From assembly GCF_000012805.1 (NCBI RefSeq), contig NC_007484.1:690001-722000 (forward strand): a stretch of 32,000 bases of DNA. The letters run 5' to 3'. Below, piece by piece: positions 1 through 9,029 of this stretch (its first letter is position 1; each line of letters starts with the position of its first letter). The stretch is from Nitrosococcus oceani ATCC 19707 (GTDB taxonomy: Bacteria > Pseudomonadota > Gammaproteobacteria > Nitrosococcales > Nitrosococcaceae). The translations under genes and the position numbers were made by a program. Under the pieces are notes generated by a model. The model was not told the origin of the DNA. It searched no databases and saw only the letters and a list, made by a program, of their open reading frames with translations.

Positions 1-132
1 CACATTTTTAAAGCGTGGCAGACGGTGTGTGCGGGCTAGCAAACCACCCCACCTACCGAATAGATTTCCCATCGTCCACCGCCACTAATTCTCGCACTAT
101 GCCCCGTAACAACTCACGGGAGCAGCAGTGCC

Positions 133-435
133 ATGAAACGCCAATTCTGGCCATCAACTTTTCTGATTCTAGGCTTGTGCGTCGCGCCGGCGGCGTTCGC
201 TGATGCAGACGCGGAGCGTGAGGCGCTGGCGAAAATCATCCATGAGCTCAATGCCCTCGAGACGCTAATCAATCGCGCTGAGGTCAATGCTGATCGGGAT
301 TCCCGTATCCGATTTCGTTATGACTGGCTGCGTCAGGATCTGAAGCAGATCAAGGACGGCATCCAGTCACACATCGATTCCCCCCGCGCGCAGCCTCGCT
401 CATTTCCGCCATTGCGCGGCGATTACCGTCGATAG
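133..435 (+). CDS. RAQPRD-family integrating conjugative element protein (TIGR01690-like), secreted
   Basis: 100-aa ORF with a signal-peptide-like N-terminus (LILGLCVAPAAFA/DAD). The literal family signature R-A-Q-P-R (DSPRAQPRSFPP) lies near the C-terminus. First gene of a colinear ICE T4SS block. Confidence 0.85.
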   Translation: MKRQFWPSTFLILGLCVAPAAFADADAEREALAKIIHELNALETLINRAEVNADRDSRIRFRYDWLRQDLKQIKDGIQSHIDSPRAQPRSFPPLRGDYRR

Positions 436-444
436 GTCTGGAGC

Positions 445-675
445 ATGACCGCCGCACAGCAAACTGCATTCCAGGCCGGCTCCGGTATTACGCCAGCCAC
501 CATGCTGACGTCGATCGCGTCGATGGTTCTGGTGTTGGCGTTTGTCTGGGTTATCTGGGTGGCGTTAGGGGTTTTTCGGGCCTGGCAGGAAGGGCAAGCC
601 ACGGTCTTCGATCTGACCTGGAGCACTCTGCGAGCAAGCATTGTTTTGATGGTTTTGGGTTTCTATTTGCGGTGA
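445..675 (+). CDS. small ICE inner-membrane protein, TIGR03758-like (PFL_4701 family)
   Basis: 76 aa with two hydrophobic helices (MLTSIASMVLVLAFVWVIWVALGVF; ASIVLMVLGFYL). Starts 10 nt after the RAQPRD gene, the position this family holds in ICEclc/PFGI-1-type elements. Family call is from synteny and memory, not a search. Confidence 0.7.
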   Translation: MTAAQQTAFQAGSGITPATMLTSIASMVLVLAFVWVIWVALGVFRAWQEGQATVFDLTWSTLRASIVLMVLGFYLR

Positions 676-775
676 GTCAATCGAGAAAGTCCGGTAAGGG
701 CAAACGGCGATGCATCGCAGTGGGATGCGGGGATAGGCCCCCTTTTTATCAGCGTTACAGAAGAGGACATTTGTT

Positions 776-1153
776 ATGGGTACATCAAATACAAAAATCG
801 GCACCAACAAAAAATCGTCTGCCAATCGCAAGTCGCTATTGGCGGCGGCCGCGGTGCTTTTCCCACTGCCGCTCTGGGCGGCGTTGCCGACGCCGGTCGC
901 GCCGAGCACCGCTCCGCCGGCCGGTGACTGGATAGGCCTGATTCAGGGCTATATCAAAGATGGTGGTTTGGTACTCGGACTGGCCATTGCAGTTCTGGGA
1001 TTTCTCTGGATCGCGTACCTGGGCTTCGCGAAATTCAATGAAGCTCGCCAAGGCAAGGCGGAGTGGGCTGAAGTCGGTGTCCTGGGGATCGTCGGCGCGA
1101 TTGTGCTGATCTTCGCCAGCTATCTGCTCACAGAAGCGGCTGGCGTTATTTAA
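776..1153 (+). CDS. ICE membrane protein, TIGR03745-like (PFL_4702 family; pilin-like candidate)
   Basis: 125 aa. Basic N-terminus, then a signal/anchor segment (LLAAAAVLFPLPLWAALP) and two C-terminal TM helices. Syntenic position in the MPF-G gene order. Confidence 0.7.
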   Translation: MGTSNTKIGTNKKSSANRKSLLAAAAVLFPLPLWAALPTPVAPSTAPPAGDWIGLIQGYIKDGGLVLGLAIAVLGFLWIAYLGFAKFNEARQGKAEWAEVGVLGIVGAIVLIFASYLLTEAAGVI

Positions 1154-1191
1154 CTCCCGACGTCAACAGCTGCTTGCAATAGGAGACGCGA

Positions 1192-1572
1192 ATGTCCAAC
1201 GACCATGAAACTCTGGCGGATCGGCTCAATGCCGAGCCCGCCATCTTTAAAGGCTGCTCATCCTCTGAGCTCGGCATGATTGTGGGGTTTGCCATCGTGG
1301 TATGGCTGCCCCTCAGTCTCTTACTGGCCTGGTTGCTGGGGGCAATCACTATGGGCTTTGGTATCGCCGGTGTCGGTGTGGTGGCCACCGTCGTGGTTAT
1401 GGCGACGTTGTTTCAGCGTATCAAACGCGGGCGGCCTGAGGGCTATTACCAACAATGGCTACGTATTCGTTTGCAAACGATGGGGCTGTATCGCACGCCC
1501 TGGGTATTACGTAGCGGGTCCTGGGACATTGGGAGAACGCACTATGCGCCGCTACCGACTCGAAATCGATAA
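1192..1572 (+). CDS. conjugative transfer region membrane protein, TIGR03750-like
   Basis: 126 aa. Has the N-terminal 'RLNAEPAIFKGCSSSELG' segment typical of the family, followed by two TM helices. AGGAGA RBS upstream of ATG 1192. Confidence 0.7.
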   Translation: MSNDHETLADRLNAEPAIFKGCSSSELGMIVGFAIVVWLPLSLLLAWLLGAITMGFGIAGVGVVATVVVMATLFQRIKRGRPEGYYQQWLRIRLQTMGLYRTPWVLRSGSWDIGRTHYAPLPTRNR

Positions 1573-2221
1573 CGTGCGGTCACATTTGCGCTCCCTGTGG
1601 GTCGTGATCGGCTTGCAAGGACTGATCATTCTCGCGCTCTGGATCGGCTGGAGCCAGGCACCCAAGCAGCTGCGAGTTTATGTACCACCTGATTTGCGCT
1701 CGGGCGCTGTGTTGGCCGCAGAGGAAGTACCTCCAGCGAACGTCTATGCCTTCGCGTTCTACATTTTTCAGCAGCTCAATCGCTGGCCCGAGAACGGCGC
1801 GACAGATTACGGCAATGCGATTTTTCGGATCTCACCCTATCTGACGCCTCGCTACCGCAATGATCTGATCGAGGATATGGAGTTGAAGGCCAGACGTGGT
1901 GAGCTGGCTTATCGGGTGCGCGGTGTTCATGAAGTGCCGGGGCATGGCTACGAAGAACGCCGCGTTGACGTGTTGTCCTCCGACGCCTGGATCGTGTGGC
2001 TGGACCTGGATTTGCTGGAGTCGGTGAAAGGCATGACCGTAAAGCAGACGACGATTCGATACCCGGTTCGCGTAGTGCGCCAAGCCATCGATCCAGAAAC
2101 CAATCCCTGGGGTCTGGCGCTTGATGGGTACGCAAGTGACGGTCCGCGTCGATTAACCGATGCCGAACTGTCTGAACCCAGTGCAACCGGCAGCAACACC
2201 GGTAAGGAGCCCTCCAAATGA
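1544..2221 (+). CDS. ICE protein, TIGR03746-like (PFL_4703 family)
   Basis: ORF-track ORF 1280..2221 trimmed to ATG 1544, which has GGGAGA 8 nt upstream. A TM helix (LWVVIGLQGLIILALWIGW) follows immediately. The 88 upstream codons merely overlap the preceding gene in another frame. Confidence 0.7.
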   Translation: MRRYRLEIDNVRSHLRSLWVVIGLQGLIILALWIGWSQAPKQLRVYVPPDLRSGAVLAAEEVPPANVYAFAFYIFQQLNRWPENGATDYGNAIFRISPYLTPRYRNDLIEDMELKARRGELAYRVRGVHEVPGHGYEERRVDVLSSDAWIVWLDLDLLESVKGMTVKQTTIRYPVRVVRQAIDPETNPWGLALDGYASDGPRRLTDAELSEPSATGSNTGKEPSK

Positions 2222-3042
2222 ATGTCACTGATTACTACGTTCCAGTGAAATGGATTGCCCTGCTCTGGTCCTGTTTTCTCGGGTTATGTTTTCCCTTGGT
2301 CTCCTTTGCGCAAGTCGATGACGCGGCATCGAACAGTCCTGAAAGAATTGTCTGGAACAAAGCGCCTATTGCCATCCCACTGGTCGTCAGTGAAGAGCGC
2401 CTTGTGCATTTTCCGGATTCGGTGAGCATCGGTTTGCCGCAGTCACTGACACCGTTTCTGCGCAGCCAAAGCATCAATGGCACCTTATACCTGTTGGCCA
2501 GACAACCCTTTGAGACCACCCGTGTCATGGTGCGCTCGGAAACCGATGGCCCGATTTACGTCCTCGATATTTCAGCGTCACCAAGCGGATCAGACAGTCG
2601 CTCATTGCCTGATGTGCGGATACTGCTGGAGTCACCGCAAGACGCCGGTGCCGCTGAGTCGACATCTGACAATCGATCACTGTCTTTGGGTTATGCCACG
2701 TTAACCCGTTATGCCGCTCAACAACTCTACGCGCCAACGCGACTGATCCCGCATCAGTCGGGTGTGGTTGCCATGCCGGTAAATGCCGAGCCGGTCGATC
2801 TGGTGCATGGCGCAAAGGTTGAAGCCGTGCCGGTCGCCGCGTGGAAGGTGGGGCTGAAGTACGTTACTGCCGTAAAACTCACCAATCGCACTCAAAGACC
2901 GCTTGTGCTGGATCCGCGCGAACTGCGCGGGTCATGGCTGGCTGCGACGTTTCAGCACAATCGCCTGTTACCAGCCGGCAATGCGGCCGATACCACGGCC
3001 GTCTATCTGGTATCAGATCGGCCCTTCGATGTGGCGCTTTGA
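2218..3042 (+). CDS. periplasmic ICE T4SS protein, TIGR03749-like (PFL_4704 family)
   Basis: 274 aa. ATGA start/stop overlap with the upstream gene (2218-2221). Signal peptide ends ...CFPLVSFA/QVD. Syntenic position. Confidence 0.7.
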   Translation: MNVTDYYVPVKWIALLWSCFLGLCFPLVSFAQVDDAASNSPERIVWNKAPIAIPLVVSEERLVHFPDSVSIGLPQSLTPFLRSQSINGTLYLLARQPFETTRVMVRSETDGPIYVLDISASPSGSDSRSLPDVRILLESPQDAGAAESTSDNRSLSLGYATLTRYAAQQLYAPTRLIPHQSGVVAMPVNAEPVDLVHGAKVEAVPVAAWKVGLKYVTAVKLTNRTQRPLVLDPRELRGSWLAATFQHNRLLPAGNAADTTAVYLVSDRPFDVAL

Positions 3043-3061
3043 GAGAGGATAAGAATCAACC

Positions 3062-4483
3062 ATGTCGATGGTCACCAGTAATCGTTTGTTACCTCTTCTT
3101 GCCGGCTCCGTTGTGCTGATGGCAGTGCTAGTTGCAGTGAAGTCCTGCTCCCCGAATGAGGAGCAACCTCAGCTTTTGGAAGCCGTGCCACAAGCGCCGA
3201 AACCGGATGCCGATACACCCGCAGACACCATCAAGACCCTGACGGCGAATGTCAGCGCCATGACCTCGGAACTCAATGCCCTGCGTCGGGATAACACCGC
3301 GCTCAAACAGGAGAATCGCGATCTGATCAAAGACAGAAAGCAGATAGAAAACAACGTGCTGTCGAGAGTGCAGACAGCATTGGAGACAAAGCGCATGGAC
3401 GCAGCCCCCACCGAAACCACGTCAGCCATCGCTGCGCTGACGGCGAGGGTGGATTCGCTGACTAACCGGTTTGGAACTTCATCTACACGGCCGTCTTCTA
3501 CGGGTTCTGATATTCCGATCGGACTCGGTCTGGATGGCATTGGAACATCGGCCGCGGAATCGGAATCACTGGTGTGGGTCAATCCCCTGGAGTTCACACC
3601 ATCGCCTGACGGTGATAAGGAGACGTTGCTCAACCGCTTCAGTCGCACCAGTCGTAATGCGTTAGATGGCACTCGTCCGGAAGTGCAATCGCTTGTGGCG
3701 AAAGGTTCCGATGCCCTCAATACCGCACTGCCGGTCTACACCGTGCCGCGCAATGCCACGCTGATTGGATCCACTGGCATGACCGCATTGGTGGGCAGGG
3801 TGCCTATCCAGGGGCAGGTCCGCGACCCCATGCCGTTCAAGGTGATTACCGGCAAGGAAAACCTCGCCGCCAATGGTCTGCGCATCCCAGGCGTCGAAGG
3901 CATGATCTGGAGTGGCACGGCGATCGGTGATTGGACGCTCTCCTGCGTGACCGGGAAATTGGAATCGGTGACCTTTGTTTTCGAGGACGGCACCATCCAG
4001 ACCTTGTCCAGTGACGAGAATCAGTTGGGTGGTTCCAGTGGAAACAGCGATAGACCCCTGGGTTGGATTTCCGATGCGCGGGGTATTCCCTGTATCACGG
4101 GTGAGCGCAAGACCAACGCACCGGCGTTCCTGGCACAGCGCATTGGAGTGATGGCGCTCCAGGCTGCCGGTGAAGCTGCGGCGCAGTCCGAAACCACAAC
4201 CCTGATCAGCGACTCGGGTACCGCCACCAGCGTGGTCTCGGGTGAGACGGGCAAATACGTCTTGGGTAAAACATTAGGCGGGGGCAGCGACGAAGTCGCT
4301 CAGTGGTTGCGGGAGCGTCAGGCTCAGAGCTTCGATGCGGTATTTGTGCCCGCGGGTATCGAGCTGGCGATCCATGTCGATCATGAACTCCCCATTGATT
4401 TCCATTCCAACGGCAGGAAACTCCATCATGAAACGAATCTTTTTGAACACGCAACGATTACCACTGGTTCTGGTCTGGACTAG
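3062..4483 (+). CDS. bitopic ICE T4SS protein, TIGR03752-like (PFL_4705 family; TraB/VirB10-like role)
   Basis: 473 aa. N-terminal TM helix (LLPLLAGSVVLMAVLVAV), then a coiled-coil segment (SELNALRRDNTALKQENRDLIKDRKQIENN) and a large C-terminal domain. Syntenic position. Confidence 0.7.
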   Translation: MSMVTSNRLLPLLAGSVVLMAVLVAVKSCSPNEEQPQLLEAVPQAPKPDADTPADTIKTLTANVSAMTSELNALRRDNTALKQENRDLIKDRKQIENNVLSRVQTALETKRMDAAPTETTSAIAALTARVDSLTNRFGTSSTRPSSTGSDIPIGLGLDGIGTSAAESESLVWVNPLEFTPSPDGDKETLLNRFSRTSRNALDGTRPEVQSLVAKGSDALNTALPVYTVPRNATLIGSTGMTALVGRVPIQGQVRDPMPFKVITGKENLAANGLRIPGVEGMIWSGTAIGDWTLSCVTGKLESVTFVFEDGTIQTLSSDENQLGGSSGNSDRPLGWISDARGIPCITGERKTNAPAFLAQRIGVMALQAAGEAAAQSETTTLISDSGTATSVVSGETGKYVLGKTLGGGSDEVAQWLRERQAQSFDAVFVPAGIELAIHVDHELPIDFHSNGRKLHHETNLFEHATITTGSGLD

Positions 4484-4886
4484 TGTGCTGATGGTCGGCT
4501 GCGCCAGCACCAAGGAGTCGGTGTTGCCGCAGGACGGTCCCACCATGAAGTCCATCTACGACCAGCACATGGTTGATGTTCAGCAGTCTGGCCATCGTCG
4601 AACTATCGGTGGTCAGCCGTTACCGCAATCCGGTATCGACCACTACCGGGGCTTTGTGCGAGAGGCCGCTAATGAAATCGACACGGTATTTCCCCGCCTG
4701 CCAAATCCCACCCTGGTGATGTATATCTTTCCTCATCTATCGGGCAGTGAACGCACGCCGGTACCGGGCTATGTCACCACCTTTCCCTTTTACGAGAGGG
4801 TGGAGTACGCCTTACCGGGAGAAGTGCCGGGGGAAGTGCCCGGTGAGGTGCCGGCACCGATCGTACCTTCGCCCGACGAGCAGTAG
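4428..4886 (+). CDS. conjugal transfer lipoprotein, TIGR03751-like
   Basis: ORF 4335..4886 trimmed to ATG 4428. The N-terminus MKRIFLNTQRLPLVLVWTSVLMVG-C carries a lipobox (LMVGC). Overlaps the upstream gene by 56 nt. The C-terminus carries a (GEVP)x3 tandem repeat. Confidence 0.75.
   Translation: MKRIFLNTQRLPLVLVWTSVLMVGCASTKESVLPQDGPTMKSIYDQHMVDVQQSGHRRTIGGQPLPQSGIDHYRGFVREAANEIDTVFPRLPNPTLVMYIFPHLSGSERTPVPGYVTTFPFYERVEYALPGEVPGEVPGEVPAPIVPSPDEQ
4818..4853 (+). repeat. 3 x 12-nt in-frame tandem repeat encoding (Gly-Glu-Val-Pro)3 in the lipoprotein C-terminal tail
   Basis: Read directly: gga gaa gtg ccg / ggg gaa gtg ccc / ggt gag gtg ccg. Confidence 0.9.
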
Positions 4887-4893
4887 GACACTC

Positions 4894-7620
4894 ATGACGA
4901 ATTCAAAATTCCCCGATACTTCGGACGCTTCGCCCTTAACTTCCGATTCGATAAAACAGCACTATCATCGCCCTCCGTCGTTTACCGACCTGTTGCCCTG
5001 GATGGAATACCTCCCCGAGAGCAAAACCTTTCTGTTGGAGGACGGCGTCAGTCTGGGAGCCTTGTTCGAGGTGCTGCCGGTCGGTTGCGAAGCGCGCACG
5101 CCAGCGTTTATGACACAGTTGCGCGATGCTATTCAAATCGCTATCAACGAGGCCATTCCCGAGCGCGATGATGCGCCCTGGGTGTTACAGATCTATGTGC
5201 AAGATGAGCCCAAGCTAACCCAATTGAATGCGTTGCTGGCCAGTTATCCGTCGCCGACGGTTCGTGCATCGGATTATTCCCAGCATTACCAGTCGGTGAT
5301 GTCGCAACACTTGCAGGCGATTTCTCGACCGGGTGGGTTGTTTGACGATACCACCGTCACCGGTTCGCGTTGGCAGGGGCAGCAACGTCGGATCCGTGTA
5401 GTGCTCTACCGTCGTTTGATAAGTAATGGCAAATCCCCAGCCGCTATAGAGGTGGAGGAGGCGATCAACGATGTGGCGACCAAATGGATCGCCTCATTGG
5501 CCTCTGCCGGGATAAAGGTCCAGCGTGCCAATGGTCAGGCGTTTTATCAGTGGTTGCTGAGCTGGTTCAATCCCAATCCACCGTTAGCAGACGGTAATCC
5601 GGAAGCACTTCTGCAGCTGGCGCCATATCCGGGCGATGAAAACTTACCGTTCGGCCATGACTTTGCTGAGCAACTGACCCTCTCGATGCCACGCTCCGAC
5701 GAGGCAACAGCGAGTTGGGTTTTCGATAATATGCCGCACACTGTAGTGACCATCCAAAGCTTACGGCGGGCACCGGACATTGGGCACTTCACGGCGGAGC
5801 GCCAGGCCGGGGATCAGGTGTTTTCGCTATTTGATCGTCTGCCCGAGCACACTATCATGGCGATCACACTCACTCTCAAGCCGCAGGACACCACCCGTAA
5901 TCACATCGCCCAGATCAAACGCGCATCGGTGGGTGATTCCGCTGAAGCGTCGATTACTCGGGAAGATGCGGAACACGTGGAGCGGGAGATGGCACAGGGC
6001 AACAAGCTGTATCCCGTGAGCATGGCCTTCTATGTGCGGGGCGATAATCAAAAGTCGCTGCGTAACAATTTGAATCGACTCCATGCGCTGCTCTTACCCA
6101 ATGGCCTGCAGCCCATTGCCCAGGAAGCGGACCTACTGTCGCTCGACAGCTATATCCGCAACTTGCCCATGGCCTATGACGCAGACCTGGACAAATCCCG
6201 TCGTCGCTCGCGGCTGATCTTCTCTCGCCACATTGCCAATTTACTGCCGTTCTACGGTCGTTCCCGTGGGACCGGTCATCCGGGCCTGGTATTCTACAAC
6301 CGAGGTGCCGAACCTTTGGTCTTCGACCCGCTGCATCGGGATGACCGTAAGAAAAATGCCCACATGCTGATCCTGGGGCCGACGGGTGCGGGGAAGTCGG
6401 CGCTACTGGTGTATCTGCTGCAGCAGATGATGGCACGGCACCGGCCACGTATTTTTATCATCGAGGCCGGTGCTTCGTTTTCGCTGTTGGGACAGCATTT
6501 TGCGCACCACGGTCTGTCAGTAAACCAGATAACCCTGAACCCCAATGTCGATGTCAGCCTGCCGCCCTTTACCGATGCGCTTCGACTGCTGGATCGGCGC
6601 CATGCGTTTAATCCGCTTAGTGTCGATGAATCCACAATGGAGGAGACGTTAGACGAAGATGATGAGATCGAGGAGGAAGGGGGCGGTCGCGATATTCTCG
6701 GTGAGATGGAGATTGCTGCACGCATCATGATTACCGGTGGTGATGAACGCGAAGACGCGCGATTGACCCGGGCCGATCGACTGCTGATCCGCAATGCCAT
6801 ATTCCTTGCCGCAAAAACCGTGAAAGAGACCAGCCGAACCCAGGTAATTACCCAGGATGTGGTCAACGCCTTTCAGACCATCGCCACCAACGCGGAGTTA
6901 CCCGAACACCGGCGTAATCGTGCACTCGAGATGGGCGATGGTATGGCGCTGTTCTGCTCGGGCCTGGCTGGCCACTTCTTCAACCGACCGGGACAGTCCT
7001 GGCCTGCGGTCGATGTCACTATCCTCGAAATGGGCATGCTGGCAAGAGAGGGCTACGAGGATCAGCTCACTGTCGCCTACCTGTCGATGATGAGTCACAT
7101 CAACGACCTGGTGGAACGCCACCAGCACGACGATCGGCCCACACTGGTGGTCACGGACGAAGGCCACATTATTACCACCAATCCCTTGCTGGCCCGTTAC
7201 GTGGTCAAGATCACCAAGATGTGGCGCAAGCTCGGTGCCTGGTTTTGGATCGCCACCCAGAATCTTGAAGATTTCCCGGACGCCAGCCGCAAGATGCTCA
7301 ACATGATGGAGTGGTGGCTGTGCCTGGTCATGCCGAAAGAGGAGGTGGAACAAATCGCCCGCTTCAAGGACCTGAATGACGAACAACGTAACCTGCTGCT
7401 GTCTGCCCGCAAGGAGCCGGGAAAATACGTGGAGGGTGTTGTGCTGGCCGACAAAGTCGAAGCCCTGTTTCGCAATGTTCCACCAGCTTTGTCACTCGCC
7501 CTGGCGATGACCGAAAAGCACGAGAAAGCAGAGCGGGCTGCCATTATGCGTGAGAAAAACTGCTCGGAGCTGGAGGCCGTTTATGAAATCGCCCAGCGTA
7601 TCGAACAGACTCGCGCGTAG
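4894..7620 (+). CDS. traC: conjugative transfer ATPase, TraC/VirB4-like (TIGR03744, PFL_4706 family)
   Basis: ORF 4747..7620 trimmed to ATG 4894, 7 nt after the lipoprotein stop. 908 aa. Walker A GPTGAGKS at 6376-6399, Walker B-like LVVTDEGH, and IATQNLEDF near the C-terminus, as in VirB4-type ATPases. Confidence 0.9.
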   Translation: MTNSKFPDTSDASPLTSDSIKQHYHRPPSFTDLLPWMEYLPESKTFLLEDGVSLGALFEVLPVGCEARTPAFMTQLRDAIQIAINEAIPERDDAPWVLQIYVQDEPKLTQLNALLASYPSPTVRASDYSQHYQSVMSQHLQAISRPGGLFDDTTVTGSRWQGQQRRIRVVLYRRLISNGKSPAAIEVEEAINDVATKWIASLASAGIKVQRANGQAFYQWLLSWFNPNPPLADGNPEALLQLAPYPGDENLPFGHDFAEQLTLSMPRSDEATASWVFDNMPHTVVTIQSLRRAPDIGHFTAERQAGDQVFSLFDRLPEHTIMAITLTLKPQDTTRNHIAQIKRASVGDSAEASITREDAEHVEREMAQGNKLYPVSMAFYVRGDNQKSLRNNLNRLHALLLPNGLQPIAQEADLLSLDSYIRNLPMAYDADLDKSRRRSRLIFSRHIANLLPFYGRSRGTGHPGLVFYNRGAEPLVFDPLHRDDRKKNAHMLILGPTGAGKSALLVYLLQQMMARHRPRIFIIEAGASFSLLGQHFAHHGLSVNQITLNPNVDVSLPPFTDALRLLDRRHAFNPLSVDESTMEETLDEDDEIEEEGGGRDILGEMEIAARIMITGGDEREDARLTRADRLLIRNAIFLAAKTVKETSRTQVITQDVVNAFQTIATNAELPEHRRNRALEMGDGMALFCSGLAGHFFNRPGQSWPAVDVTILEMGMLAREGYEDQLTVAYLSMMSHINDLVERHQHDDRPTLVVTDEGHIITTNPLLARYVVKITKMWRKLGAWFWIATQNLEDFPDASRKMLNMMEWWLCLVMPKEEVEQIARFKDLNDEQRNLLLSARKEPGKYVEGVVLADKVEALFRNVPPALSLALAMTEKHEKAERAAIMREKNCSELEAVYEIAQRIEQTRA

Positions 7621-7636
7621 CGAGAATGCTGACTGC

Positions 7637-8440
7637 TCAGGGTTGCTTCATGACCCCGCGACAGGCCGGAAAGGTTGCGCATCCCCAAAACGCACTTCCG
7701 ACGCTTTTGCCTTTTCTGGCCGTTCTTAACACCATAGCGCCGCCGCACTTCGGGCACTGCGGTGTCGTTGGTGGTGTTGTTGGTGGTGAAGGGGCATTCT
7801 TCTGGCGCAGATGGCGAACGTGTTGCCGGTTGGTAGTCAGCCCTCGCTGCAATCTCAGTTGCTCGATTTGTGCAGTCACGGCCTCCACATCGGCCTGGCT
7901 GAGCACCACTTCACGCCTGGACTTGATATGACGAATGTAACCCCCGGCATAGGTCACGTTGTCGGGTATGTCGGTCTTGAACGTGGAATCTCCGACAAAC
8001 ACCACCAACGAGTGAATTGCTGAAGCCGGAATATCCAGCAGGACTTCAAGGGTTTTGACGTGCTTGTAGTTCTGGTGCAGTGGGTTCTGAAACTTGTTGG
8101 TGTGCTTGTAGATTTTTTGGGTCCAGGTTCTCTGGTTGGCTGAGCCAAAGATCCAGCCTTTCATGTTTTTGGTTTCAATCACGAACACGCCATAGCGCGA
8201 CACAATGATGTGGTCGATCTGTGTGGTGCCATCGTCGGTTGGTAATGTCACATTCTTGATCAGGTGGTATTCGTCCTTCGGAAGAAACAGCCGTGCGGCC
8301 GTATTCACCAGAAACTCACCAGCAATTCCTTTGAACCAGGGCGATTTGAAAATACCAGCAAGTATCGCCAGAGGTATGAGGTACCACAGCGCGTTAAAGA
8401 CTTGTTGGATGATGGGGCTGAAGTCCATTTGCGGATGCAT
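7637..8440 (-). CDS. membrane-anchored NERD (nuclease-related) domain protein with C-terminal topoisomerase-type C4 zinc ribbon
   Basis: 267 aa. N-terminal TM helix (ALWYLIPLAILAGIF). NERD-like core (KDEYHLIKNVTLP...TQIDHIIVSRYGVFVIETKNMKGWIFG). A PSPPTTPPTTP linker precedes CPKCGGAMVLR...FWGCATFPACRG. Opposite strand to the T4SS genes. Confidence 0.8.
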   Translation of the reverse strand: MHPQMDFSPIIQQVFNALWYLIPLAILAGIFKSPWFKGIAGEFLVNTAARLFLPKDEYHLIKNVTLPTDDGTTQIDHIIVSRYGVFVIETKNMKGWIFGSANQRTWTQKIYKHTNKFQNPLHQNYKHVKTLEVLLDIPASAIHSLVVFVGDSTFKTDIPDNVTYAGGYIRHIKSRREVVLSQADVEAVTAQIEQLRLQRGLTTNRQHVRHLRQKNAPSPPTTPPTTPQCPKCGGAMVLRTARKGKSVGSAFWGCATFPACRGVMKQP

Positions 8441-8591
8441 TCGACGTAGTCAATTTGCCCCATTATAGAAATCTCCGCATCGCTCGACCAGAAACATCGA
8501 CCAACCCTGTCTGAATAAACCGTTTTGCCAGAATCCCGAATCGAGCAGGATCGTTATCTCATCAACATTATTTGGTTCTGGATGATCGTCA

Positions 8592-9029
8592 GTGAATGTC
8601 GCAAAGGCCTATTTCATTATCTTGATGGTTCTAACGAGCACGCTAAGTGCTCCGGCCATAGCCGGCGAGGCAGCACCTGCGATTGAGGTATTTACCGATT
8701 CGACGTTCCAGGTTGTCAGTGCTTCCGACAATACAACCGTCTATGTGATGGACCGCATTAACCAGCTGCTGCAAGTTCTCTCCGAGGACTTGCCCAGTGA
8801 CCCGGAAAATGCCAAACAGTTGGTCCTGGCGCGATTTCAACGAATGGATGCTCAGCTCAGCAGTGAACTCGAGAACGCTGCCAAGGGACTGGTGCAGGCG
8901 ATGCAGTACGGCATCAATCGATACCCGGCCATTGTGATCAATGGAAACGCGGTGGTTTATGGCGTGACCGATGTCAGTGCCGCAACCCAGCTCTATCAGC
9001 GATGGCAGACAAGGGGGGCGCGGCAGTGA
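8592..9029 (+). CDS. periplasmic ICE protein, TIGR03757-like (PFL_4709 family)
   Basis: 145 aa with a GTG start and a signal peptide (LTSTLSAPAIA/GEA). The C-terminal 'YGINRYPAIVINGNAVVYGVTDV' matches the conserved block I recall for this family. Start codon uncertain. Confidence 0.65.
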   Translation: MNVAKAYFIILMVLTSTLSAPAIAGEAAPAIEVFTDSTFQVVSASDNTTVYVMDRINQLLQVLSEDLPSDPENAKQLVLARFQRMDAQLSSELENAAKGLVQAMQYGINRYPAIVINGNAVVYGVTDVSAATQLYQRWQTRGARQ

